Under the pieces are notes generated by a model that made no database searches, was not told where the DNA came from, and saw only the letters and a program-made list of their open reading frames with translations. A stretch of 63,660 nt of DNA, filler included, from Octopus bimaculoides (lineage: Eukaryota), in NCBI RefSeq assembly GCF_001194135.2. It is 7 parts of 7 records of this genome, joined end to end, with 100 filler letters (N's around TTAATTAATTAA, not from the genome) between each part and the next. Parts side by side here need not be neighbours in the genome. Positions count along the whole stretch, not along the records: positions 23,638 to 30,662 come from NC_069005.1; positions 30,763 to 45,113 come from NC_068995.1; 5 more parts are not named here. The stretch is one strand, 5' to 3'. The position numbers and the translations under genes were made by a program. Shown here in pieces: positions 26,135-38,322 of this stretch. Position 1 is the first letter of the stretch. The number at the start of each line of letters is the position of its first letter.

Positions 26135-26629
26135 GAGACAGAGTGAGAGAATGAGAGAGGAGAGGGAGGGAAAGAGAAAAGCGCGTATGTGTTTGTGTGT
26201 TTAAAATTCCGGTTTTTGCACACATGCTTTTTGAAATCCTAACAAACTAAACGCAAAAGTTTCGAATCAATATCTACGGCACTCTTGTTACCGTTTACCT
26301 TTAATTGGTTCAGGAAATATACCGATTCAGAAATCAGATCGAATCAAAAGTTAAGCGCCAAGTTTGGTTGGAACACTTCCTTACTCCCCATCTTCACTCC
26401 GTCCTTGCCCTTCCCCACCTGTACTCCACAATTACTCCAGAACATATCTACAACTCCTCGAATATATGAATGTCTGCAAGGTGTTACGAGCGTAAACAAA
26501 CAATACGGTGCTCCAGCATGGCTGCAGTCTAATGACTGAAACAAGTAAAAGGTAAACGAAAAAAGTAAAAGAAAACAGAAAGAAGCCACACACACACACT
26601 TATAGTGTTCCTGGGTTACTTTGGCACAT

Positions 26630-27245
26630 GGCCAGTACTCAACTGGTACTTATTTTATCGACCCTGAAAGGATGAAATGCAAAGTCGACCCCGGTTGAAT
26701 TTGAGCTCAGAACGTAAAGACGGACGAAATGCCACTAAGTATTTTGCCCGTCGTGCTATGGATTCAGTCAGCTCGCCGCCTTGTTACTAACTAATATTGG
26801 CTTCAAATTTTAGCACAAGGCCAGCAATTTCGGGGGAAAGAGTAAGTCGATTACATCGACACCAGTGTCCAGCTGATACTTTTTTATCGACCCCGGAAGA
26901 ATGAAAGGCGAAGTCGACCACGGCGAAATTTGAACTCAGAACGTAAAGACGGACGAAATGCCGCTAAGCATTTCTGCCCCGTGTGCTAACGATCCTGCCA
27001 GCTGATCACCTTAACTGAGTATAAAATAATGATTTGAAATTTTGGCACAAAGCTAGCAAATATAAGGGGAGGGGTTAAGTCGATTAAATCCACTCTAGTA
27101 CTCAACTGGAAATTATTTTATCGATCCCGATAGGATGAAAAGCAAAGTCGACTTCGGCGGAATTTGAACCGAGAACGCAAAAACGAATGAAATGCCGCTA
27201 AGCATTTTTCTCGGCGTGCTAACGATTCTGCCACCTCTCCGCCTT
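26630..27245 (-). mobile_element. Three head-to-tail family A SINE copies
   Basis: Three units of atcgacccc..gaaaggatgaaa..caaagtcgac..aatttgaactcagaacgtaaagacggacgaaatgccgctaagca..ctgccagct. Confidence 0.75.
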
Positions 27246-27319
27246 GTTACTGAGATATTAACTAGTCTAACGGAACACGGAAATTTCACATTTTACATAT
27301 GCTCTTATTTGTTCTACTT

Positions 27320-27575
27320 TGCAGCAACGCGTCACCGCGCTGGCACAACAGACATGATTAGAATGTCGCAAGAAAGAATCGCAAGACCGAGCCAATCAGC
27401 AGGTGACCCGGGAGTAGACCAAGAGCAAGATGGTTGGGCAACATACATAGTGTCAGTTGGACACCCTTGGGAATCCAGCTGGCAAGGATAATGAATCCCA
27501 TGGAAGAGATGGCTGAGGACTTTACCCCCACGACCTTCCCAGGAAACGTGGGCAGAGAAGATGAATTGATGGACT
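27320..27575 (+). mobile_element. RTE-clade LINE 3' end fragment
   Basis: IRMSQERIAR then RPGSRPRARWLGNIHSVSWTPLGIQL (RTE C-terminal GRP..RW motif), followed by a ccccacgaccttcccagg...gatgaattgatgga tail. Confidence 0.65.
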
Positions 27576-28374
27576 TCACCATCGTTTTATTACGCTAGAA
27601 TTTCAATTATATCTTCCATCTCGTTCTACAGTTAAGCTTGTTAAAAAGTGCAATACTTGAACTCATCTCATTTTTGTTAACAGTTTCGATTTTGTCTTCG
27701 GTGTAGTTCCATAGTTAAGTTAATTCAAATTGTAATAAAACGTGCGACAATGATTATAAATTAGAGAAAACCAGATAGTCTAAAGACAGATTATGAGGAG
27801 TTACATTATATTACAGTAGATATTTCTTCATGGGTTCATCGTCGTCATGATGCAATAGGACAGTATTCCTCAAATATTGTGCGGCGGATTTTTAAAAAAT
27901 CACATTTAAAATTTCACTGCAAAAATGTCCATCTTTTATCTTGTACTTGTTTCAGCCATTAGACTGCGACTATGTTGGGTCATCGCCTGGTGTATAATAT
28001 GTAGGAAAAATCAAAATGGAACATGGAAACGATTAACAGGAAAAGACAAAGAATAGATAAACATGAATATCTTCTCATCAGCCATGGAAACGAGACTAAA
28101 AGTGCAATTTCGGCGCGTTTAATGTTCGAACACTTTACATAATACATATCTGAAGATTTGGACATAAATTTGGGCCTTAAGATATATAGAACACAGTGTT
28201 GCACAACTCCTACACGAGTAGATAACCTACTAAAATGCAATATTTTAAATGATGATTTGAGGTTATTATTTTAAAGTAAATTTAAGAAAAACGGGAACAT
28301 TTGCAGATGGGGTGGGATTCTAAATTGAAAGTAAGGTCAAATTTACGGCACCTACACGGGTCCACCTGTTGTGG

Positions 28375-28604
28375 CAACTGGTTTAGTGATTAGGGTATTC
28401 GGCTAACGATCGTAACGTCGTAAGTTCGATATTCCAGTCTACTTAGCTGGCAACAAATGAGTAAGACCTGTATTTCAAAGGGCCAGCCTTGTCACATTCT
28501 GTGTCACGCGCGTCTGTGGAGTACTCAATCACTTGCACGTTAATATCGCGAGCAGGCTGCGAATTAACTGGAACACTCATCGTCATAACCAACGGAGTGC
28601 CAAC
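28375..28604 (+). mobile_element. SINE family C-related copy with internal deletions
   Basis: cctgtatttcaaagggccagccttgtcacattctgtgtcacg...acggagtgccaac. Confidence 0.7.
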
Positions 28605-29283
28605 TTTTTTATGTATGTGTATGTGTTTGCTTGTGTGTGTGTGTGTGTGTGAGGGTACCTCTGCGCGCGCACGCAAAGCAGCTAAATTACAATTTTTTTT
28701 TAAACCTTTAACTCTGAAACTTTAAATAAACGTAAACGCAATCTTGTTATTAGCTACGCATAAAAAATAATAAAGAAGATTGTTCTGACATGCTTCATAA
28801 TTATTAACCACTCATCTAAAGACACACACACATCCTCATTTTCTATCTACGAGGAGAACTTTCCATGTGCTTCAAATTTCACAGTCAAATTTTATTTTAA
28901 AAAAGAATAAAACTATAGTTTAGCAACTTTAATATCATTTTTCGTTCTCTACCGTTGTGTTGTACCTAAATAGTTATTAATTTTGTTTTCAGTACACAAC
29001 TAACAAACGAATGGAAAGCAAATGAATCAAGATATTACAGCTAAGTTCAGGTTAGTGCCTGATTTAAATAGTAATTGCTATAAAATTCTCCTCGTAGATA
29101 AAAATAAAATAAAATGGGGGAAGGGGGACTTTGAAACACGTCATGACAAAATCTTTTCTTTCTCAACGAGCAAAGAGAATAATAAAGCATAATTGCATCT
29201 GTTTAGATGCAGCGAAAGATTAAAAAAATGTTGCTTAACTTTTAGAAATTTACCTAAAGTTTCTAAAATACTTTGTGTTACAG

Positions 29284-29316
<33 letters not shown>

Positions 29317-29460
29317 TACGTTTATGTACTCGTTTTGCAAGATGTTTGAATGTGAGATTGTGTGTTGAAACAGAATGGCAAAATGGAATAGAGACAAGAC
29401 CAGAGAGAAGAGGAACACGAGGAAGAGAAATGTGTGACGAAAGAACTCTGAGAAATAAAC

Positions 29461-29523
<63 letters not shown>

Positions 29524-29856
29524 TGATGATGATGATAAGGGTCTCCAATTATGACACAAGACCAACAGTTCAGAGACAGAAGGTAAGTTGATTACATTGA
29601 CCCCAGTGTTCAACTGGTACTTATTTCATCGACCTTGAAAGGATGAAAAGCAAAGTCAGCTAAAGCTAAAATCAAACAGTGTGCGTGTTTTCTTGGCAAA
29701 AAAAAAAAAGAAATAAATAACTGTCCCAAATATAACATGATATATATATATATATAATTGTAAGATCCAAGGATCTAGCTGTAGGAAGTTTCGAGTTGTC
29801 CGTAGTAGGTATAAAAAACATCTTTCAGGAACAAATAATAGTTTATTGGTGCAGAA

Positions 29857-30029
29857 CAGTGGTTCTCACCCTGGGGTCCACAAAAGGTAGTACTGGAGGT
29901 GTATGAACTAAATTCAAAATTTCATATATATATATATATATATATATAAGGATAAACATAAGGGGTCCGCGGGAAAACTCATTTTAAAAAAAGGGTTGGG
30001 AACCACTGTGAAAAGGCCACGAACCACTG
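29857..30029. mobile_element. hAT (Charlie-like) MITE
   Basis: Left TIR CAGTGGTTCTCACCCT. Right ends GGGTTGGGAACCACTG (to 30008) and GAACCACTG (to 30029). 8-bp TSD GTGCAGAA (29849-29856) / GTGTAGAA (30030-30037). Confidence 0.7.
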
Positions 30030-30136
30030 GTGTAGAAGGTTGTAGGTTTTTCTCATATTGAAGTTCGATAAGCTGAAAAAAGGTTTTCAACAATTCACTG
30101 TTAGCAACTAGGGTTACTATGAATGCAAATAAAAAC

Positions 30137-30283
30137 CCAAATTGAGGGAATGGAGCAGGTAAAATCCAGGCTACATATGTTTCCTAACAACCAGAACCTC
30201 AGAAGTAATTACTGCTTCCCAGGTTCTGCTACCTAGGAAACATAGGTAGCCTAGATTTTACCTGCTCCATTCCCTCAATTTGG
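30137..30283. repeat. 147-bp near-perfect hairpin
   Basis: 50-bp arms 30137-30186 / 30234-30283 pair at 48/50; inner CAGAACCT/AGGTTCTG also pairs. Confidence 0.9.
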
Positions 30284-30329
30284 ATTATATATATATTTCA
30301 TCCACTCACACTCATTCAATCATGCTTTT

Positions 30330-30662
30330 GCTCGATGTGGCTGGGGTATTCTCAAGTTAATGGTCGAGGAGGGATCATCGTGGGGAGAGCCGACCAGGTC
30401 CACCAGTGTTCCCTCCGCCCCACATCCCGTGTCAGTCCTGCATCCTCCAAAATACCGAATGCACTTTCACAAGGCTCACAAACAACAGGTGGACCCGTGC
30501 AGTTTTCAAGTGGTATGCAAGAAATCGGAAGAGGGCCATTCGGGATAATTCCAAAACAATGGGAAGTCATCTTCCCATTGATTGTAAAAAAATTCAGGCC
30601 CGGCGAGTTGTAATCAGCGATGTATAAAGACACTTGAAAGTCTGGTCAGAGCACTCAGCCAG
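30330..30662 (+). mobile_element. RTE-clade LINE C-terminal fragment
   Basis: RLTNNRWTRAVFKWYARNRKRAIR resembles the RTE C-terminal D.RWT..V..W.PR..KR motif; truncated by the gap at 30663. Confidence 0.65.
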
Positions 30663-30836
30663 NNNNNNNNNNNNNNNNNNNNNNNNNNNNNNNNNNNNNN
30701 NNNNNNTTAATTAATTAANNNNNNNNNNNNNNNNNNNNNNNNNNNNNNNNNNNNNNNNNNNNCCACACTTAAGTGGCAATATACTACACTTTATCGTGCA
30801 GTTACTGTTAATACTTCATTTAGAGAATTAACATTG

Positions 30837-30879
<43 letters not shown>

Positions 30880-31611
30880 GATGGGCTTCTTTCAGTTTCC
30901 GTCTACCAAATCCAGTCACAAGGTTTTGGTCGGCCCGAGGCTATAGTAGGAGACACTTGCTCAAGGTGCCATGCAGTTATGCACTGAGTTCAATGTAATC
31001 GACTTAATCCCTTTGTCTCTCCTTGTTTGTCCCCTCTATGTTTAGCCCCATGTGGCCAATACAGAAATAAATATTATGATATAATATAAACAGAAGACTT
31101 CAAAATTATAGAAAAATACTGACATAAGATGTTGACCTATTTTCCTAAACGATATTAGCAGCTTTTGTAGAATGAGTTGATCTTCAATTCGAATGGGAAT
31201 AATAATCAAAATAATCGTATTTCATGTTTAGTTTTTAATTATATAACTGTTAATCATTATATACAAGGTCTAAAGTTTTCTAGAAGACGAAATATTAGAC
31301 ATTTTTGGCGTCTTTGTGTCTCCCAAAGTAATTAGCTGAAACGACCAAGATTATTTGCTTCAAAGACAAACAGCAGTATGTTTTTTCATAAATATTTAAT
31401 AACAAGGCACCAAAATCTTCATAAAAATCTACTTCCGTAATTCTAAGAGAAACGAAGAAATATGATGTTACTCACGCCATGTGTTGCCTAATGTTAGTAA
31501 AAGACTGTTTAAATTGTACTTGGTCTCCAACACAATGCAATGTCACGTGACATTTGATGACCAGAAAAGTAAAACTTAGTTGCTGCACAATAATTGAATG
31601 TCATGTCCTTT

Positions 31612-31770
31612 TCATCTGTTCAGAAAGATAATGAAGCCAAAATGATTGCGTCCGCCTAGGTGAACGGAAAAGTTGGCCTCGGTGGAATTTGAACTCGGAA
31701 CGTAGGGACGGACGAAATACCGCTGAGCATTTCGCCCGACGTGCTAACGATTCTGCCAGCTCGCCGCCTT
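31612..31770 (-). mobile_element. Family A SINE fragment
   Basis: Reverse complement of the head: gaatttgaactcggaacg...ttctgccagctcgccgcctt. Confidence 0.75.
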
Positions 31771-31779
31771 TGTGTACAC

Positions 31780-32600
31780 CCCATTGTATAAACTCCGGTT
31801 GCATCTCACAGACTGTATACCACATAGTGTATACCACACATTGCATACCACCTGTTGACTCTCACCTATTTATGATTACTACCTTGTATACACCAAAAGT
31901 ATATCACATAATCTATATCACATATTCTCCATCATTGTACATTGTGTATTGAATATCAACTGTTGTATATCCTGTTTTATATCATATATTGTGTATCACA
32001 TACTGTATGTCATTTATTGTATATTACATATCGTATATCACCTATTTATCAGTTGCTTATTATGTTGTATATCCCCTATTGTATATCACATATCATCACC
32101 TATTCTTTCCAACTTATTATAAATCCCTTATCGTATCACACTTATCGTATAACACCTATTGACTTTTCCTTATGGTATATCACCTAATGAAAATTACCCG
32201 TCGCATACTAAGTCTTAATTCACCTATAGAATATCACTTTGTTTGCCACATATTATCACCTGTTAGCCACTACTTACACAATATTCACTATTGAATATTT
32301 TTGTTGCATATTAGTTATTATTCGCTACCTATTGTATATTCTCTATTGTACCGCCCTATTCTATATCACACATTATCCCCTATTCTTTCCACCGTGTTAT
32401 ATATCCCCTATTATACAGGATTTAATCTACAATGCATTCTATATCCCGTATATTGTATCACCTATTGTCTATTAGCTATTATTCCCAACATATAGGTTTA
32501 TCTCCTATGATATATCTCTATTGTATATCCGCCATTATTTATCATCTATTGTATATCTTCCATTGTATATTCCCATTGTATCTCACTGAATCACTTTCCC
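31780..32600 (+). repeat. Degenerate low-complexity tandem region built from tattgtatatc[ac]c-like units
   Basis: Recurrent attgtatatc / tatcacct / tatatcac motifs over about 800 bp. Confidence 0.7.
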
Positions 32601-33023
32601 CTATGGCCGCCATTCTGTTATCAAGCAAAGCAAACTTTTTCGAATAATAATAATTTTGGAAACAGAAATTGTTTGTTTGTTTACGCTATATTTGTTTTGT
32701 TTTGTTTTTTCTTGCTGTTGTTGTTTTTGTTTTGCTTTTGTTTTTTGCCTTTTATATTTTAATTTGCTGTCCATGCTTGTTTTTTCGTGTTTTGTTTATT
32801 CGTTTATTATTTTTGCTGCATCTTGCTTGTTTATTTATTGTTGTTGTTTGTTTGTTTGTTTGTTTGTTTGTTTGTTTGGTCGGTTGGTTATTGATTCGCA
32901 TGTTATTTATTTTTTTTTTGTTTTATCTATTCATTTTCAATGTTAGATCGTTGGTTAATTTCGAAAAGAGAATGTAACTAGCAAACTGACACGAATGAAT
33001 CTTCATTACTCAATACTACTACT

Positions 33024-33080
33024 AATAATAATAACAATAATAATAATAATAATAATTATTATTATTATTATTATTATTAC

Positions 33081-33135
<55 letters not shown>

Positions 33136-33158
33136 GTATTAATAATAATAATAATAAC
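33024..33158. repeat. Compound (AAT)n/(ATT)n/(AAT)n microsatellite
   Basis: Read directly. Confidence 0.95.
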
Positions 33159-33225
33159 ATCGTCATCATCATAATAACAAACATGATAATGGGGACAGTG
33201 AAAATAATAACCACAACAACAACAA

Positions 33226-33226
<1 letters not shown>

Positions 33227-33256
<30 letters not shown>

Positions 33257-33348
33257 AAGAAGAAGAAGAAGAAGAAGAAGAAGAAGAAGAAGAAGAAGAA
33301 GAAGAAGAAGAAGAAGAAGAAGAAGAAGAAGAAGAAGAAGAAGAAGAA
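33227..33348 (+). repeat. (AAG)n microsatellite, about 40 units
   Basis: Read directly; produces the spurious poly-Arg ORF. Confidence 0.98.
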
Positions 33349-34022
33349 TGGCTACAGCGTTGATTATATATGATGAGTAAACAAAAGGTAAATAATTCTA
33401 TTTATTCTTGTTTGTAATTTTTTGTTGTTTTTTTGTTGTTTTTTGTAAGTCATCATTTCGACAGAGACGGGTTTCTTCTAGCCCAAACCCTTCCAAAAGA
33501 AAGTAAATTTTCAAAACAAATAAATTAAATTGTTTTAATAATGTTGTTTATTTGTCTTTACTATTTTCGATACACTAGATATTACTCGCCATTATAAGCA
33601 TTTTTGTTGTGTTATATATCTGTTGTTTGTGTTGTTGTTGTTTTCTCAATGATGATCACGAAGACGGTGATGATGATTCCTGTTGTTGTTGCTGTTATTG
33701 CTGTTGTGGCTGTAGCTGTTGTCTTTCAATTTATAACTAAGATTCGTTAATTAATTTAAAATACAGTATCAACAGTTTTTAAACAAATTATTGATAAGAA
33801 TCAATTCTGTGTTCTTATCTCATTATATTCGCCATGATATACATACAGACATATATACATACATGAATATATGTATACGTGAGTGCGTATGTGCTTGTGT
33901 GTGCTTATGTGCATGTATGTATATATACATATATATATATGTATATATATGCATGCATATATACATGTAAATATGTATACATGTGTGCGTATGTGTGCGT
34001 ATATATACACACACACGGGCGC

Positions 34023-34102
<80 letters not shown>

Positions 34103-34228
34103 GTGTATGTATGTATGTATATATATATGTGTGTGTGTGTATTTATATGTTTATATTTCAAAATGTAACTACATGTGTATCGTTGGCGATTTTCTTCCTC
34201 CGTCTTCCCTTCTATTGGACTTTCCTCT

Positions 34229-34264
34229 GTTTCTGAAGAAGAACGTCTGCTCGAAACGTTAAAC
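34229..34264 (+). ncRNA. Minimal type I hammerhead ribozyme motif within a repeat (Penelope-like-element type)
   Basis: GTTT-CTGAAGA-A-GAAC-GTCT-GCTC-GAAA-CGTT-AAAC. Core CUGANGA and GAAA; stem I GTTT/AAAC; stem II GAAC/GCTC with one mismatch; palindromic ACGT stem III; GUU cleavage triplet. Confidence 0.6.
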
Positions 34265-35879
34265 CATCTTTCTTTCCTTCCCTGAGCGTCTGCTAATACT
34301 TTACATGTACCGCGTCCTCGCGTTGTTTTCTTTTGTGTTTGTTCTTCTCCTTTTTGGGATTTACTATATGATCGATCGCTAGCCACGAAAGCATTTTTTT
34401 TATTCTATCTGTTTACTCTCTCGTGTTCCTTTCTGTTGAAGAGCGTACGATTGAAATATAATAATCCATAAAGCAACGTAGAAATTTTCTTCTAATATGA
34501 TGGAGATTAAACCAGTGGAGTTTTAGATTTATTATCCCTAATAAGGATAAGATATCCTTGAATTGACTGNNNNNNNNNNNNNNNNNNNNNNNNNNNNNNN
34601 NNNNNNNNNNNNNNNNNNNNNNNNNNNNNNNNNNNNNNNNNNNNNNNNNNNNNNNNNNNNNNNNNNNNNNNNNNNNNNNNNNNNNNNNNNNNNNNNNNNN
34701 NNNNNNNNNNNNNNNNNNNNNNNNNNNNNNNNNNNNNNNNNNNNNNNNNNNNNNNNNNNNNNNNNNNNNNNNNNNNNNNNNNNNNNNNNNNNNNNNNNNN
34801 NNNNNNNNNNNNNNNNNNNNNNNNNNNNNNNNNNNNNNNNNNNNNNNNNNNNNNNNNNNNNNNNNNNNNNNNNNNNNNNNNNNNNNNNNNNNNNNNNNNN
34901 NNNNNNNNNNNNNNNNNNNNNNNNNNNNNNNNNNNNNNNNNNNNNNNNNNNNNNNNNNNNNNNNNNNNNNNNNNNNNNNNNNNNNNNNNNNNNNNNNNNN
35001 NNNNNNNNNNNNNNNNNNNNNNNNNNNNNNNNNNNNNNNNNNNNNNNNNNNNNNNNNNNNNNNNNNNNNNNNNNNNNNNNNNNNNNNNNNNNNNNNNNNN
35101 NNNNNNNNNNNNNNNNNNNNNNNNNNNNNNNNNNNNNNNNNNNNNNNNNNNNNNNNNNNNNNNNNNNNNNNNNNNNNNNNNNNNNNNNNNNNNNNNNNNN
35201 NNNNNNNNNNNNNNNNNNNNNNNNNNNNNNNNNNNNNNNNNNNNNNNNNNNNNNNNNNNNNNNNNNNNNNNNNNNNNNNNNNNNNNNNNNNNNNNNNNNN
35301 NNNNNNNNNNNNNNNNNNNNNNNNNNNNNNNNNNNNNNNNNNNNNNNNNNNNNNNNNNNNNNNNNNNNNNNNNNNNNNNNNNNNNNNNNNNNNNNNNNNN
35401 NNNNNNNNNNNNNNNNNNNNNNNNNNNNNNNNNNNNNNNNNNNNNNNNNNNNNNNNNNNNNNNNNNNNNNNNNNATATATATATATATATATATATACAT
35501 GTAGATGCCTATCGTATATGTGAATATATACTTGTCTGTGTGCATATATATAGACAGAGAGAAAGAGAGAGGAGGAGAGAGGGAGAGAGAGATAGTTAGA
35601 TAGACAGATAGATATATGTATATATATATACATACTTAGTTATAAGTATATATATATTTATATATATAAACATACATATACACATAGACACACATACACC
35701 CACAGGCACGCGCACACACGCACACACACACACACACACACAAATATATATATATTCCTATATATACCGATACACACATATTTATACGGCATATGTAAGA
35801 CTGTCTGTCTTTATGTGCGTATATTGTGTGTGTGCATGCATATATCTATGTATTTACGTGTCGAAAGACAGACAAACAG

Positions 35880-35881
35880 AC

Positions 35882-35948
<67 letters not shown>

Positions 35949-35953
35949 CAGAC

Positions 35954-36009
<56 letters not shown>
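35880..36009 (+). repeat. (GATA)n microsatellite, representative of many (also about 3594-3660, 5903-5970, 42165-42245, 47805-47870, 59760-59820)
   Basis: Read directly. Confidence 0.97.
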
Positions 36010-36010
<1 letters not shown>

Positions 36011-36205
36011 TACGGTGTGTGCGAGTGATTGTACGTCTCTGTTGTTGGCTATTTGATACACTAATATGAAATTCTTCTTGATATAATAAATCTATAAATC
36101 AAGCTTTATTAACCAAACAAAGATATTTATGGGTTTTTTAAGACGATTCACTTGTGATTTGATTACTGCTGACACCCAACTCCGACGAACACCAATATGA
36201 CTATT

Positions 36206-36282
<77 letters not shown>

Positions 36283-36731
36283 CCTTATCGTCATCATCAT
36301 CATCATCGTTGTTGTTATGAGAAACTCTATTTGGGTTGTTATTGTCGTGTAAGTTCTTGTTATTGTCATTGAAGTCTTCATTCACATTGTTATTGTTGTT
36401 AATGTAAATACATTAGGTGACAGTATGATGNNNNNNNNNNNNNNNNNNNNNNNNNNNNNNNNNNNNNNNNNNNNNNNNNNNNNNNNNNNNNNNNNNNNNN
36501 NNNNNNNNNNNNNNNNNNNNNNNNNNNNNNNNNNNNNNNNNNNNNNNNNNNNNNNNNNNNNNNNNNNNNNNNNNNNNNNNNNNNNNNNNNNNNNNNNNNN
36601 NNNNNNNNNNNNNNNNNNNNNNNNNNNNNNNNNNNNNNNNNNNNNNNNNNNNNNNNNNNNNNNNNNNNNNNNNNNNNNNNNNNNNNNNNNNATATATATA
36701 TATACATACATACATGAATATTTTATACATG

Positions 36732-36777
<46 letters not shown>

Positions 36778-37135
36778 CATACAAATATATGCATGCATAC
36801 AAAGATATATACCGTTGTGTATGTGTATTTGTGTGTGTGTGTAATTGTATGTGCATGCGTGCGCGTGCGCGCGTGTGTGTGTATGTGTGTGTGTGTGTGT
36901 GATTTTAAGCCTTCCGATTCCGATAACGGATTTCTGGCCGCCATTTTTAAAGCGACTCTAATTTATTGTATTCTTTATAATTAATCTACTTGTGCTTACA
37001 AATTTAATTGACTCACAACTAACCAGATCGATCTAAAACCTGATTTTTCTTCAACAAGTACACATAACTTAATTTGTGCCTCCTCCATCTACTCGTAGCT
37101 CCAGATTATTAGCGTGAGTAGATATAACGATAACG

Positions 37136-37185
<50 letters not shown>

Positions 37186-37850
37186 TAGTTGAACCCGTGA
37201 AAAATTCACGGAACACATAAAAAATATAAGCATCTGTAAAGAGTGTACTGGTGCCATGGGAAATGTTTGTATATTATGACCGTCTGTCTTTACGTTCTGA
37301 GTTCAAATTCTGCCGAGATCGACTTTGCTTTTCGTCCTTTCGGGGTCGATGAATTAAGTATCAGTTGTGTACTGGGGTCGATCTAATCAACTGGCCCCTC
37401 CCCACAAAAAATTCAGGCTTAGAAAAGTATATTGTGGCAGTTACAGAATATAGAAAGTAATGTAACACCAATGACCAAATAATCCAACCAAAATATATCA
37501 GTTACACAAACGTAAACGGAATTACTATTTAACCTTAAAATTCAGTTCAGTTTCACGGCTCAAAAGGATAATATGTTCTAGCATAGCCTGGCGGTGCCTT
37601 ACACCTTGTCAGTGAAATTTGGTAGGCAAAAACTGTGTGGAAGCAATGAACTGCACTTATTCTTAGTTATGTAACACTGGCTCTAGTTCTTGGAAGGATT
37701 ACAAAATCGGAGACGGAGTGCTCTTCTTTTGCTACCAAACTAATAATAACGCTTTCGATGTAGAGTAGTATACCATATTGTGTTATATAAAGACCATGGT
37801 TTTAGTGATGTCGCAACACTTCAATGTGCCATGCGGCCCCCCATCACGGA

Positions 37851-38322
37851 GGAAGGCAGCCAGACGGGAAGGCAGCCAGACGGGAACGCAGCCAGACGGT
37901 AAGGCAGCCAGACGGGAAGGCAGACAGACGGGAAGGCAGCCAGACGGGAAGGCAGACAGACGGGAAGGCAGCCAGACGGGAAGGCAGCCAGACGGNNNNN
38001 NNNNNNNNNNNNNNNNNNNNNNNNNNNNNNNNNNNNNNNNNNNNNNNNNNNNNNNNNNNNNNNNNNNNNNNNNNNNNNNNNNNNNNNNNNNNNNNNNNNN
38101 NNNNNNNNNNNNNNNNNNNNNNNNNNNNNNNNNNNNNNNNNNNNNNNNNNNNNNNNNNNNNNNNNNNNNNNNNNNNNNNNNNNNNNNNNNNNNNNNNNNN
38201 NNNNNNNNNNNNNNNNNNNNNGGCAGCCAGACGGGAACGCAGCCAGACGGGAACGCAGCCAGACGGGAACGCAGCCAGACGGGAACGCAGCCAGACGGGA
38301 ACGCAGCCAGACGGGAACGCAG
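37851..38322 (+). repeat. GC-rich 16-bp minisatellite (GGAA[G/C]GCAGCCAGACG)n, interrupted by an N gap
   Basis: About 9 units before the gap (37996-38221) and about 6 after. Confidence 0.95.

Noticed and set aside
18138-27245. Regularly recurring repeat units that might be taken for a CRISPR-like array
   Set aside because: Units are about 200-bp SINE copies with pol III boxes, in a eukaryotic genome with no cas genes.
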